From Verrucomicrobiota bacterium (lineage in GTDB: Bacteria > Verrucomicrobiota > Verrucomicrobiia > Palsa-1439), in assembly GCA_016871575.1 (NCBI GenBank), contig VHCW01000004.1:10938-74937 (forward strand): a DNA stretch of 64,000 nucleotides. The letters run 5' to 3'. The position numbers and the translations under genes are program-made. The notes under the pieces are model-generated. The model ran no database searches. It worked only from the letters and a program-made list of their open reading frames with translations, and had not been told where the DNA came from. Of this stretch, positions 9,619 through 19,858 are shown one piece after another; the stretch's first letter is position 1; each line of letters begins with the position of its first letter.

Positions 9619-11061
9619 ATGAACGATGACCAATCAGAATTCTCTCCCCTGCGCAAGGTCGCCTTGCTGGCGTGTCTGCTCTCGGTGGCCGCCGACCAGC
9701 CGCAATGGGGCGAACGTTACACCCGCAACATGGTCTCATCGGAAACCGGCCTGCCCGATTGCTTCGATCCCGCCACCGGCACGAACGTGAAATGGTCGGC
9801 CGCGCTCGGCACCGAAACTTACAGCACACCCATCGTCGCCGGCGGCCGCGTCCTCATCGGCACCAACAACGAAACGCCGCGCGATCCGCAACACACCGGC
9901 GACCGCGGCGTGTTGATGTGTTTCGACGAACGCGACGGGCGGTTCTGCTGGCAGTTGGTCTGCCACAAGATCACGACTAGCCCGTTCTGGGACTGGCCGC
10001 GCGACGGGATGTGTTCACCCGCCACCGTTGAGAGCAACCGCGTCTATATGGTCACCAACCGCGGCGAAGTCCTTTGCCTCGACCTCTACGCGAAGAAGAC
10101 GACGCTCACCGAGGAGGACGCCTTCTGGCGGTTCGACATCATCAAGGAATGCGGCGTCCGCCAGCACGACTCCGCGCACTGTTCCATCCTGATCCACGGA
10201 CGGTTCCTCTACATCAACACCTCCAACGGCCTCGACGACGCCCACAAGACCATCCCGTCGCCCGATGCGCCGAGCCTTATCGTTCTTGACAAAACCACCG
10301 GCAAACTCCTCGCGCGCGACAACGAGAACATCGGGCCGAACATCTTCCACAGCACGTGGTCGTCGCCGGCGCTCGGCGAAGCCGGCGGTCGCCCGCTCGT
10401 GTTCTTCTGCGGCGGCAACGGCATCGTCTATGCCTTCGAGACCGTCACTCTCAAGAAAGTCTGGCAGTACGACCCCGACCCCGCTGCGCCCAAAGAGAAT
10501 GTCCACAGCTACATCCGCAACCGCAAAGTCAGCCCCAGCAACATCAAGAGCATGCCCGTCTTTCACAATGGCCGGCTCTACGTCACCGGCGGCGGCGACG
10601 TCTGGTGGGGCAAAAACGAAGCGTGGCTGAAATGCGTGGACGCCGCCACTGGCGTTGAACAGTGGAGTTATCCGCTCGAACGCCATTGCATGAGCACCCC
10701 GGCGATTGCGGGCGGTCTCCTGTTTGTCGCCGATTGCGGCCAGAAACTTCACTGCGTGGACGCCGCCACCGGCGCGCCGCATTGGACGCACGAGACGGGC
10801 GGCGACATGTGGTCCTCGCCGCTGGTTGCCGACGGCAAAGTCTATATCGGCACCCGACGCGGCGACTTCCAGATTCTTGCGGCATCCAAAGAAAAGAAAC
10901 TTCTCTGCTCCGTGAAACCCGGCGGTCCCATCCACGCCACCGCCACCGCCGCCAACGGCGTTATCTATGTGGCAACGATGAAAAGACTCTTTGCCATCTC
11001 CGCCGGTTGCGTTTCGGCGCCGACTTCGACTTCCATCACGGGCGCTCCGCAAGCGCGATAG
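9619..11061 (+). CDS. PQQ-binding-like (BamB-type) beta-propeller protein
   Basis: Repeated S[ST]P..A.G.V and DA.TG...W motifs; signal-like N-terminus. Confidence 0.9.
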   Translation: MNDDQSEFSPLRKVALLACLLSVAADQPQWGERYTRNMVSSETGLPDCFDPATGTNVKWSAALGTETYSTPIVAGGRVLIGTNNETPRDPQHTGDRGVLMCFDERDGRFCWQLVCHKITTSPFWDWPRDGMCSPATVESNRVYMVTNRGEVLCLDLYAKKTTLTEEDAFWRFDIIKECGVRQHDSAHCSILIHGRFLYINTSNGLDDAHKTIPSPDAPSLIVLDKTTGKLLARDNENIGPNIFHSTWSSPALGEAGGRPLVFFCGGNGIVYAFETVTLKKVWQYDPDPAAPKENVHSYIRNRKVSPSNIKSMPVFHNGRLYVTGGGDVWWGKNEAWLKCVDAATGVEQWSYPLERHCMSTPAIAGGLLFVADCGQKLHCVDAATGAPHWTHETGGDMWSSPLVADGKVYIGTRRGDFQILAASKEKKLLCSVKPGGPIHATATAANGVIYVATMKRLFAISAGCVSAPTSTSITGAPQAR

Positions 11062-11561
11062 TGGGCAAGCAACGGCGCGGTGCGCTCGTTGAAGATTCGC
11101 AGTTTCTTCTCCACAAGCTCGCGCGTGTCATCCTCGCGCGCCGCGCGATCTCCGCCGGTGTTCTTCCGCAGGCGCTCCCAGGCGGTCATGGCGTCGCAGA
11201 CCAGATGCACAACGGCGATGAATTCGAGGCGGCCGCTGAGCGATTCCGCCTGCCCCACGTGACGCGGCAGCCCATTCATCACGAGAAGATCAATCGGTTG
11301 CACGTGATGCCCCGCGAGAAAGGCATTGAGAATCTTGAGCGCAATGTGAAACGTGTCGTTCTCCAGCAGCGCACCGCGCTTCAGCACGTCCTGGAGAAAG
11401 CGCGTTTCCTCCGGTGTCAACCCGCTGGCGGCGCGCAAATTCATCCCGAAATCAAAATGATGGCATCGCCGGCCCCACAGTCCGTGGGTTTCGAGCCACC
11501 GGCCCAGCGGCGACTTGCCCGACCCGGTCGGGCCGATAAGGAGAATGGCCTGGTGACGCAT
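10965..11561 (-). CDS. adenylate kinase-like nucleoside monophosphate kinase
   Basis: P-loop GPTGSGKS, MNGLPR (cf. DGFPR), R..REDD...LRIFNERTAPLLAHY. Confidence 0.8.
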   Translation of the reverse strand: MRHQAILLIGPTGSGKSPLGRWLETHGLWGRRCHHFDFGMNLRAASGLTPEETRFLQDVLKRGALLENDTFHIALKILNAFLAGHHVQPIDLLVMNGLPRHVGQAESLSGRLEFIAVVHLVCDAMTAWERLRKNTGGDRAAREDDTRELVEKKLRIFNERTAPLLAHYRACGAPVMEVEVGAETQPAEMAKSLFIVAT

Positions 11562-11738
11562 AACAGGATGAGAACGGGTGCGGCACTGTATCAAAGAACG
11601 GACCTTTCAGACAAGCATCACGAATGAAAAGGCATTCTCTCAGAAGGACGAGGTTGTTCCCCGGCTGATCGCTGACTGGCCGCGAGCTTTCAATGAGAAA
11701 AACTTGCAGGCCGCAACGCTGCCGGCTACGATGCGGCC

Positions 11739-13139
11739 ATGAACCGTCGAACATTTCTCAAAACATCCGCTGGTATCCTTGCTGCCGCGCCGTTTGCGTC
11801 GTCCTTCGCCGCCGCTGCGGGCCGGAAACGCCGTTTCGCCCTCGTCGGCACGGGCGTCCGCGGCCTCAGCATGTGGGGCAAATCGGTGCTCAAGACCTAC
11901 GCCGACCGGATCGAGTACGTCGGGCTTTGCGACGCCAATCCCGGCCGCCTCGAATACGCCCGCAAGTATCTCGGCCTCTCGTGCCCCGTGTTCACCGATT
12001 TCGACAAGATGCTCAAACAGACGCGTCCCGATGTTGTCATCGTGACCACGGTGGACTCCACGCACCACGAGTTCATCATCCGCGGCCTCGAACACGGCTG
12101 CGACATCGTGACCGAGAAACCGATGACCACCGACGAGACAAAGTGCCAGGCCATTCTCGACGCCGAGAAACGCACGGGCCGCAAGGTTACCGTCACCTTC
12201 AACTACCGCTACGGCGCCCATCCCACCCGCCTCAAGGAACTGCTTCGCGAAAAGGCCGTCGGCAAGATCACCAGCGTGGATTTCCACTGGTATCTGAATT
12301 GCCATCACGGCACCGATTATTTCCGCCGGTGGCACCGCCTGCGCGGCAAGGGCGGCACGCTCCTCGTCCACAAGGCCACGCACCACTTCGACCTCGTCAA
12401 CTGGTGGCTCGATGCCGAACCCGAGGAAGTGTTCGCCTACGGCGGCCTCGATTTCTATGGCCGCAACCATTCGTTCCGTCACACCACCTGCCGCGGCTGC
12501 CCGCACAAGGACAAATGCCGGTTCTTCTGGGACATCACCAAGTCCAAACACATGATGGACCTCTACGTCGCCAACGAACAGCACGACGGCTACCAGCGCG
12601 ATGGTTGCGTCTGGAAGGAAGACATTGACATCTTCGACAAGATGGCCGTCCAGGTGAAATTCGCCGGTGGCGTGCAGATGAGCTACTCGCTGACCACCTA
12701 CTCGCCCTACGAAGGCTGGCGCATCGCCTTCAATGGCACCAACGGACGCCTCGAAGCATGGCAGGACGTGCCGTGGGACCTCGGGTTCGACACCTCCATC
12801 ACGCAGGACGCGCATCACGCCAAGCAATTCGACCAGAACCGCAAGACAAAGAAAGCCGACTTCGACCCGATCATCGTGATGAAGAATTTCGAGAAACACG
12901 AGCTGATCAAAGTCCCCCGAACCGGCGGCGGCCACGGCGGCGGCGACCCGATTCTGCTGGCCGACATCTTCAGCGGCGAAAAACGGACCGACCCGCTCGG
13001 CTACATGGCCGGCACGCGCGACGGCGCGATGTCCATCCTTCCCGGCATAGCCGCCCGCACCAGCATCGACACCGGCAAACCCATCCGCATCGCCGACCTC
13101 ACCACGCTGAAACCCGTGTGCAAACCAATCCACTCCTGA
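11739..13139 (+). CDS. Tat-exported Gfo/Idh/MocA oxidoreductase (YteT-like)
   Basis: NRRTFLK, VGTGVRG, TEKP, HGTDYFRRWH, HKATHHFD, CRGCPHKDKC, GHGGGD. Confidence 0.93.
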   Translation: MNRRTFLKTSAGILAAAPFASSFAAAAGRKRRFALVGTGVRGLSMWGKSVLKTYADRIEYVGLCDANPGRLEYARKYLGLSCPVFTDFDKMLKQTRPDVVIVTTVDSTHHEFIIRGLEHGCDIVTEKPMTTDETKCQAILDAEKRTGRKVTVTFNYRYGAHPTRLKELLREKAVGKITSVDFHWYLNCHHGTDYFRRWHRLRGKGGTLLVHKATHHFDLVNWWLDAEPEEVFAYGGLDFYGRNHSFRHTTCRGCPHKDKCRFFWDITKSKHMMDLYVANEQHDGYQRDGCVWKEDIDIFDKMAVQVKFAGGVQMSYSLTTYSPYEGWRIAFNGTNGRLEAWQDVPWDLGFDTSITQDAHHAKQFDQNRKTKKADFDPIIVMKNFEKHELIKVPRTGGGHGGGDPILLADIFSGEKRTDPLGYMAGTRDGAMSILPGIAARTSIDTGKPIRIADLTTLKPVCKPIHS

Positions 13140-13140
13140 T

Positions 13141-13290
13141 GTGATGGCTCTGGCCGGACAATGCAAGGGAGTTCGTTGCGGAATTGTCCTGCCGGCATGA
13201 GGTGAGGCGCTTGGAGTTTTTCAGCCGGACACCCACAACTTGGATTCTGCGGTGTCGTTGGCGCGGACCGGGGGCGCCGGGTATGCGGAT
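13141..13290 (+). pseudogene. decayed remnant of an MNT nucleotidyltransferase antitoxin gene
   Basis: Aligns by eye with 59802-59975: gcggaattgt...cgcttggag.ttttc, acttggatt.tg.ggt....tt.gcgcggac.gg, gcggat; carries indels. Confidence 0.75.
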
Positions 13291-13410
13291 ATGTGCCACC
13301 GAAGAAAGTAAAGGAAACTCAACGGATGAGTTGACAGAAGCAGGGAGAATTGAATACAGTGCGGCCGTGCTAGCACAAGAAACTCCTAGGATGGAGGACA
13401 ACAGAATATT

Positions 13411-14178
13411 ATGAAATTCAGCAGAATCGCTTCGATTGTCATTATTTTGATCAGCATCGGGTCGCTTTACTGTGTCCACATGCTGCGTCAGGGACGCGAT
13501 GGGTTGCGTGAGGACAAAGCCCAGCTTACCGAAGATGTGAAGGCCGCCAAGGCTCAGGTTGTCGCCGCCGAGGCCAAGGTACAGGAGGCCAATGACAAGT
13601 TGCCGCCCATTCAGAAATCGCTGGCCAAAGTGACTGCCGAGATGGAGAGCACCAAGAAAACCCTCGACACCACCACCCAGGAACGCGAAAAACTCAAAAC
13701 CAGCCTCGCCGCCACCGAAAAGAAAATTTCACCCATCAACGCCCAACTGGCCGCCGCCAAGGAAGCTCTCAAGAAAGCACAGAACACCATTGCCAGCCAA
13801 GCTGCTGAAATTGCGACGATTGCCGGTTTCAAGAAACAAATCGAGGCGTTGACAGCCGAGAACAAAGCCTTGGGCGGCAGGGTCGAGACAGCCCTTGCCG
13901 AGGTCAAACGCCTGGAACTGCAAATCGAAGACCTCCTGAAAACTCCCATCAATCTTCGTGGCCGCATTGACGGCATCGAGGGTCGCTGGAACTTCATTGT
14001 TCTCGACATCGGCCAGGACCAGAAGGTCCGCAAGGATACGCAGTTTTTCGTTTACCGCGACAGGACGTTCATCTGCAAGGCGCAAGTTATTTCCGTCAGC
14101 CAAAACACTTCCGTCGCCGAAGTCCTCTCCGAGTTTCGTCGTGGCGATCCGCGCGTTGGCGACCTGGTTATCCACTGA
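13411..14178 (+). CDS. membrane-anchored coiled-coil protein with C-terminal beta domain
   Basis: N-terminal TM segment, ~140 aa heptad-rich region, C-terminal WNFIVLDIG...RVGDLV. Confidence 0.85.
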   Translation: MKFSRIASIVIILISIGSLYCVHMLRQGRDGLREDKAQLTEDVKAAKAQVVAAEAKVQEANDKLPPIQKSLAKVTAEMESTKKTLDTTTQEREKLKTSLAATEKKISPINAQLAAAKEALKKAQNTIASQAAEIATIAGFKKQIEALTAENKALGGRVETALAEVKRLELQIEDLLKTPINLRGRIDGIEGRWNFIVLDIGQDQKVRKDTQFFVYRDRTFICKAQVISVSQNTSVAEVLSEFRRGDPRVGDLVIH

Positions 14179-14195
14179 GCGACCAACTTTCTGCC

Positions 14196-14369
14196 ATGAA
14201 AGCCCGTAACATTTTATCCTTGCTGCTTCTGATTGGCGCGACCTTCTTGGCAGGTTGCGCCGCCACGAACGAGAACGAAGTCAGCACGATCCCGTGGAAC
14301 CGCCCCGAAAGCTGGGAAGGCATGGGCGCCCTTGGCGGATACACCGGCATGGGCGCGGGCCGCTACTAA
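14196..14369 (+). CDS. 57-aa lipoprotein (not in the ORF track)
   Basis: MKARNILSLLLLIGATFLAGCAATNENEVSTIPWNRPESWEGMGALGGYTGMGAGRY*; LAGC lipobox. Confidence 0.8.
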   Translation: MKARNILSLLLLIGATFLAGCAATNENEVSTIPWNRPESWEGMGALGGYTGMGAGRY

Positions 14370-14403
14370 CCCGATCACGGCGGGCGAGTGAACGACTGAT
14401 TGG

Positions 14404-14820
14404 CTATTCCCCGATGATCTTTACGAGCACGCGCTTGCGGCGCTTGCCATCAAACTCCCCGTAAAAGATCTGTTCCCACGGACCGAAGTCCAACCGGCCG
14501 CCGGTCACCGCAACGACGACTTCACGTCCCATCACGGTCCGCTTGAGGTGAGCATCGGCGTTGTCCTCGGCCCCGTTGTGTGCGTATTGTGAGTGCGGTT
14601 TTTCCGGGGCCAGTCTCTCCAGCCAACGCTCGAAGTCCTGGTGCAACCCGGACTCGTCGTCGTTAATAAAGACGCTCGCCGTGATGTGCATGGCGTTGCA
14701 GAGTACAAGGCCCTCTTTCACGCCGCTTTCGCGCAGGCATTCTTCCACTTGGGGCGTGATGTTTAGCAACCCGCGCCGCGCGGGAACATCGAACCAGAGT
14801 TCTTTGCGATAACTTTTCAT
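14404..14820 (-). CDS. yjbQ: YjbQ / UPF0047 family protein
   Basis: [36 protein letters not shown]; promoter TTGACT-17-TACGAT 6 nt upstream. Confidence 0.93.
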   Translation of the reverse strand: MKSYRKELWFDVPARRGLLNITPQVEECLRESGVKEGLVLCNAMHITASVFINDDESGLHQDFERWLERLAPEKPHSQYAHNGAEDNADAHLKRTVMGREVVVAVTGGRLDFGPWEQIFYGEFDGKRRKRVLVKIIGE

Positions 14821-14949
14821 GGGCGCATCGTATGCAGTTCACGGCCGGCAGTCAATCAGCCACGCGCACAGGCGCGATCCTCGGCGACCGACAGGCTGTT
14901 TTTCGGATTGGCAATCCGGCGGTCTGTCGCTACCTTGCCGGCGCCTGCA

Positions 14950-16749
14950 ATGAACACCAACGACTCCCAACATCAGCCAGCCATCGAACGCCAAAGCATG
15001 GACGTGGATATCGTCTGCGTCGGGTTCGGTCCCGCCGCCGGGGCGTTCCTCACAACGTTGACGCGGCACCTGCCGCTCCCCGACGGCGCGATGCCACAGG
15101 TGATCTGTTACGAGCGGGCGGACGACATCGGCTTCGGCGTCTCCGGCGTCGTCACGCCGGCGCGGGCCATTCGCGAATCCTTCCCGCAGTTCGATCCCGC
15201 GCAGGTTCCCACGTGCGCCCCGGTCAAGACGGAAAAAGTATTGTACCTGCTCGATCCGGTCGGCGCGAGTCGCCGGTCGGCAACGTTGCGCGCGGCGGAC
15301 AAAGTGTTGCGGCTTTTCGCCGGTAAGCATCTGGCGGTGGAACTGCCGTACATTCCGCCGTACCTGCAAAAACACGGCGGCCTGGTGATGTCCATCGGCC
15401 AGTTCAACCAGTGGGTCGGCTCGCAATTGATGAGCACCGGCGCGGTGCAAATCTGGCCGGGCACGCCGGCGGCGGAGCCGCTGGTTGCCGACGGCAAGGT
15501 CAACGGCGTGCGGTTGGCGGATCAGGACAACATGCCGGGGATGGACATTCGCGCGGCGCTCACGGTCGTGGCGGACGGACCTGTCGGTCCCATTGGACGT
15601 CAACTCGATCAGAGATTCGGAATGCCCGAACAACATCACACGCACGACTGGGCCATCGGCATGAAGTTCGTCGTCAACCTGCCGGAGAATTGCCCGCTCG
15701 AAGCCGGTACGGTGTTGCACACGCTGGGGTATCCGGAGCCGGAGATTTTCGGGTTCCTCTACGTGTATCCCGATCGCGTGGCGTCGCTCGGTATTTTTGT
15801 GCCGTCGTGGTTCGATTCGCCGGTGCGGACGGCGTACCGGTATTTGCAGCACTGGATGTTGCATCCGTATCTGTGGCGCTATCTCAACGGCGGCACGCTC
15901 CGTTCGTGGGGCGCCAAGACGCTCGGCGAATCCGGCCGGCGCGGCGAACCGTATCTCGTCGGCAACGGCTACGCCCGGATCGGGGAAGGCTCCGGAAGCA
16001 CCAATGTGCTCACCGGCAGCGGTGTGGACGAGGCGTGGGCCACCGGCGCGATGTTAGGCGACGCTGTCGTGGAACTGCTCAAGGAGAAGAAACCGTTCAC
16101 CAAGGAAAATCTGGAAGCAACCTACGTCGCCCGTCGGCGCGCCAGTTGGGTCGAGCACGAGGCGCGCGCCGCCGAGCGGGCGCGCGACGGGTTCCACAAA
16201 GGTTTTGTCACCGGCCTGCTGGGCATGGCGTTGGCGGGTGCGACAAAGGGGAAACTTCACGCGCCCGTCGAACCGCGTCCGCCGGCGGGGCACACGCCGA
16301 GCCTGGCCTCCTATTATCAAGGACGGATCCCGCTTTCCGAGATCGAGAAAATCCGTCAGGGATGCGCCGCCAAGGGCGGCAGCGCGCACAACGCGTTGAT
16401 GGACCGCGCCGGTTGGCCGGCGATTCCGTACGACGGCAAACTGCTCGTGTCGCAACAGGACGCGCTGTTGATGGGCGGCAAGGTGCAGGCGCCGGGCGGC
16501 TACGCCAACCACGTGGCCTTCTTGTATCCGAACCTCTGCGAGCAATGCGGCACCAAGATCTGCATCGAAGTTTGTTCCGGGCAGGCCATCACGCCCGGTG
16601 AAAAGGGCGCGCCGGCGTTTGACCGCGAAAAATGCGTTCACTGCGGCGCGTGCCTGTGGAACTGCCCCGTGCCGCATCCCGACGATCCCGATCGCAGCGT
16701 ATTGGACTTCCGCGCCGCGCCCGGCGGACTGCACTCGGCAGAGAACTAA
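14950..16749 (+). CDS. ETF:quinone oxidoreductase-like flavoprotein with C-terminal ferredoxin domain (FixC-FixX-like)
   Basis: DIVCVGFGPA FAD fold, VVADG, WGAKTLGESG, IGEGSG, CxxCxxxxCxxxC and CVHCGACLWNCP. Confidence 0.85.
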   Translation: MNTNDSQHQPAIERQSMDVDIVCVGFGPAAGAFLTTLTRHLPLPDGAMPQVICYERADDIGFGVSGVVTPARAIRESFPQFDPAQVPTCAPVKTEKVLYLLDPVGASRRSATLRAADKVLRLFAGKHLAVELPYIPPYLQKHGGLVMSIGQFNQWVGSQLMSTGAVQIWPGTPAAEPLVADGKVNGVRLADQDNMPGMDIRAALTVVADGPVGPIGRQLDQRFGMPEQHHTHDWAIGMKFVVNLPENCPLEAGTVLHTLGYPEPEIFGFLYVYPDRVASLGIFVPSWFDSPVRTAYRYLQHWMLHPYLWRYLNGGTLRSWGAKTLGESGRRGEPYLVGNGYARIGEGSGSTNVLTGSGVDEAWATGAMLGDAVVELLKEKKPFTKENLEATYVARRRASWVEHEARAAERARDGFHKGFVTGLLGMALAGATKGKLHAPVEPRPPAGHTPSLASYYQGRIPLSEIEKIRQGCAAKGGSAHNALMDRAGWPAIPYDGKLLVSQQDALLMGGKVQAPGGYANHVAFLYPNLCEQCGTKICIEVCSGQAITPGEKGAPAFDREKCVHCGACLWNCPVPHPDDPDRSVLDFRAAPGGLHSAEN

Positions 16750-17081
16750 TTTTTTTCTTTGCCGCGCGCCCCGCGCTGGCGGCGGGCGAGGCGTTCGGTT
16801 TTGCGTTTGCGGAGTCGCCGTTCGATCTTGGAGGCGGCGACATCCAGCGCGCTCAACACATCAGCGCCGTTTTCCTCGGCGCTCACGTCGGCGCCGGGGA
16901 TTTCACAGAGCACGCGCACGTTGTACTGGCGTTTGGACGAGTGCGCGCTCACTTTGCGCACGTGGATCCGCGCACGAAGCGCGCGGGGTGCGTATTGTTC
17001 GATGTGGGCAACTTTCTCCTCAATGGTCGCTTTCAGGTCATCGGCGAGTGTAATGCCATTCGCCTGGATCAGGATATCCAT
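16746..17081 (-). CDS. hpf: ribosome hibernation promoting factor / RaiA family
   Basis: MDILIQANGITLADDLKATIEEKV...DVLSALDVAASKIERRLRKRK; AAGGAG RBS. Confidence 0.88.
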   Translation of the reverse strand: MDILIQANGITLADDLKATIEEKVAHIEQYAPRALRARIHVRKVSAHSSKRQYNVRVLCEIPGADVSAEENGADVLSALDVAASKIERRLRKRKTERLARRQRGARGKEKN

Positions 17082-17113
17082 GCTTTGCTCCTTTCGGTCA
17101 GGTCGTCTTGGTT

Positions 17114-18130
17114 TCAATAACTGAACTTACCCAGTTCCACTTTACCACGAAACACCCAATAAATCACGCCTGTATAAACGATCACAAGCGGCATCCCCAC
17201 CGCCGCGATCACCGCCATGATCGCGAGCGTCTTCGGCGAAGAGGCGGCATTGTAAATATCCAAACTCACGCCGTCCGTCAACGTCGAGTGAACCAATTCG
17301 GGAAACAGCGCGATGCCCAGCAGCAACACCAGCCCCGCGATGGTCGCGCTCGAAGACACAAACGCGTAGACCGGCCGCCCGCGACGAATGGCGCGCGGAA
17401 TGTTGGCGATGGCAAGCACATTGAACGCCGCCACGCCCCATGCCAACGGCATCATTCCAAAATTGCGCGTCGCCAACGGCACGTCCACCAGCGTGTAAAT
17501 CGTCGTCAGCGCGTACAGCGCGACGAAGACCCAGAATGAGCAACGAATCCAGCCCTGGATGCGTTGCTGCAACTCGCCGGTCGTCTTCAGGTGCAGGTAA
17601 ATCGCGCCGTGCATGGCGAACAGCGACACGACAAACAATCCGACCAACACCGTGTATGGGTGCAACAGGTCAAGGAATCCGCCCTTGAATTCCATGTCGG
17701 CCCCAATCGGCATCCCGCGCATGGAGTTGCCGACAGCGACGCCGAACAACAACGCCGCCACGCCGCTCCCCGCGCCGAACAACACATCCCACAATCGCCG
17801 CCACGCCCGCGACTCTTTCTTGCTGCGGAACTCCATCGAAACGGCGCGCAAAATCAGCGCCAACAACAGCAGCATGAAGGCGGTGTAAAACCCGGAAAAC
17901 ACCGTTGCATACGCGTGCGGGAAGGCCGCAAACAACGCGCCGCCGAATGTCACCAGCCACACCTCGTTGCCGTCCCACAGCGGTCCGATGGAGTTCAGCA
18001 GGATGCGGCGTTCTTCGTCTTTGCGCGTGAACAGATGCAGGATGCCGACGCCGAGATCGAACCCGTCCAGAATCGCGTACCCGGCCAGCAACACGCCCAG
18101 CAACACAAACCAGAGTTCATTCAGATTCAT
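17114..18130 (-). CDS. cydB: cytochrome bd ubiquinol oxidase subunit II
   Basis: [24 protein letters not shown]. Confidence 0.97.
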   Translation of the reverse strand: MNLNELWFVLLGVLLAGYAILDGFDLGVGILHLFTRKDEERRILLNSIGPLWDGNEVWLVTFGGALFAAFPHAYATVFSGFYTAFMLLLLALILRAVSMEFRSKKESRAWRRLWDVLFGAGSGVAALLFGVAVGNSMRGMPIGADMEFKGGFLDLLHPYTVLVGLFVVSLFAMHGAIYLHLKTTGELQQRIQGWIRCSFWVFVALYALTTIYTLVDVPLATRNFGMMPLAWGVAAFNVLAIANIPRAIRRGRPVYAFVSSSATIAGLVLLLGIALFPELVHSTLTDGVSLDIYNAASSPKTLAIMAVIAAVGMPLVIVYTGVIYWVFRGKVELGKFSY

Positions 18131-19455
18131 TGCGCGCCTCCGTTCACCGGTTCAGGGCCTTGTCGAATCTTGTCGAGAAGAATGTACAACCAGACCGCGA
18201 ACAGCAGCGCATAGATCACCCCAAACATGATGATCGAGCCGAGCACCTGCCCGGCCGTCACCGATTTCGACAACGCATCGCCGGTGCGCAACAGCCCATA
18301 GACCACCCACGGCTGCCGGCCCACCTCGGCGGCGACCCAGCCAAGCTGGTTGGCGAGGTACGGCAACGGCACCGCCAGCACAAACACCCACAACAGCCAC
18401 CGCTTCTCAAACAACGTCCCGCGCCAGCGCCAAAACAGCGCCGCCACTGTCAGGAGAATGAACAACAGCCCCAGCGCCACCATCGCGTGAAACGTCTGAA
18501 ACGTCAGCGCCACCGGCGGCCAGTCCGCGCGCGGAAACTTGTCCAGTCCCGTCACCGGCGTCTTGAAATCCCGATGCACCAGAAAACTCAACAGACCGGG
18601 AATGGCGACGCCACCCTTGACTGTTTGCGATTTCACGTCCGGAAAACCGAACAGATAGATCGGCGTCGCGCCGGTGCCTGTCACGAAATGCCCTTCCATC
18701 GCCGCCATCTTGGCCGGTTGGTACTGGGCCACGTTGCGACCGTGTCCGTCGCCGCTCAACGGCGCCAGCAGCGACGCCACCAAGCCCATCACCAGCGCGA
18801 GGCGGAAACTCGTTTTCGCCGCTTCCACGTGGCGATTCTTGAGGATGTACCAGGCCGACACGCCCATCACGAAGAAGGCGGCCAGAATGTACGCGCCAAT
18901 CCAGACATGGACGAGCCGGTGGACCGTCGAAGGATTGAAAACCGCCGCGGCGAAATCGGTCAACTCCGCCCGCCCGTTGCGGATCACGAACCCGGCGGGG
19001 GTTTGCTGCCAGGAATTGGCCACGATGATCCAGACCGAGGAGAGAACGGCGCCGAGCGCGACCATGCAGGTCGAAAAAAAGTGCATGCGTTTGGACACCT
19101 TGTTCCAGCCGAAGATCATCACGCCGAGAAAAACGGATTCCAGAAAGAAGGCAAAGATGCCTTCCGCAGCCAGGGCCGAGCCGAAGATGTCGCCGACATA
19201 ACGGGAGTACGAAGCCCAGTTTGTGCCAAACTGGAACTCCATCACAATACCCGTGGCCACACCCAACGCGAAGTTGAGGGCGAAAATCTTCGTCCAGAAT
19301 TTTGTCAACGACTCGTACAACGGATCGCCGGTCCGAAGGTAACGCCACTCCATGAGCACCAACAACCCGCCCAAACCGATGGTCAGCGGCGGAAAAAGAT
19401 AATGGAACATCACCGTCAGCGCGAACTGCGCCCGCGCCAGGATTTCAACGTTCAT
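18127..19455 (-). CDS. cydA: cytochrome bd ubiquinol oxidase subunit I
   Basis: [40 protein letters not shown]. Confidence 0.97.
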   Translation of the reverse strand: MNVEILARAQFALTVMFHYLFPPLTIGLGGLLVLMEWRYLRTGDPLYESLTKFWTKIFALNFALGVATGIVMEFQFGTNWASYSRYVGDIFGSALAAEGIFAFFLESVFLGVMIFGWNKVSKRMHFFSTCMVALGAVLSSVWIIVANSWQQTPAGFVIRNGRAELTDFAAAVFNPSTVHRLVHVWIGAYILAAFFVMGVSAWYILKNRHVEAAKTSFRLALVMGLVASLLAPLSGDGHGRNVAQYQPAKMAAMEGHFVTGTGATPIYLFGFPDVKSQTVKGGVAIPGLLSFLVHRDFKTPVTGLDKFPRADWPPVALTFQTFHAMVALGLLFILLTVAALFWRWRGTLFEKRWLLWVFVLAVPLPYLANQLGWVAAEVGRQPWVVYGLLRTGDALSKSVTAGQVLGSIIMFGVIYALLFAVWLYILLDKIRQGPEPVNGGAQ

Positions 19456-19456
19456 A

Positions 19457-19813
19457 TCAGAATCCTTCTTTGGCCAGTGTGCTGTACGATTGCGGCAACC
19501 CGCGAGCGTCGAATCCTTGTTGTTTGAGAATCTTCACGGCGCTGACCGTGCGAGCGCCCGACCGGCAATGCACGTAAACCGGTTTGTCCTTCGGCAGCCC
19601 GTCGGCGGCCTTGGCGTCCGTCTCCAATCGGCTCAACGGCAGCAGTCGCGCGGATTTCAGGTGCCCGGCGTCCCATTCGCTTTTCTCGCGCACGTCCACC
19701 AGCACCGCCCGGCCCGCGGCCACTTCCTGCTTGATGGCCGGCAGCGATTCATTCGACGCGGCGCATGCTGCGCAGCAGCCCGCGATCAACGACATGAGCA
19801 ATTTGGTTTTCAT
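19457..19813 (-). CDS. exported rhodanese-domain protein
   Basis: LVDVRE...[12 protein letters not shown] active-site loop; signal/lipobox IAGC. Confidence 0.9.
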   Translation of the reverse strand: MKTKLLMSLIAGCCAACAASNESLPAIKQEVAAGRAVLVDVREKSEWDAGHLKSARLLPLSRLETDAKAADGLPKDKPVYVHCRSGARTVSAVKILKQQGFDARGLPQSYSTLAKEGF

Positions 19814-19858
19814 GCGCCCTCAGGATAGCACAACTGATCGCAGGCCGAAAGTTGCGGC

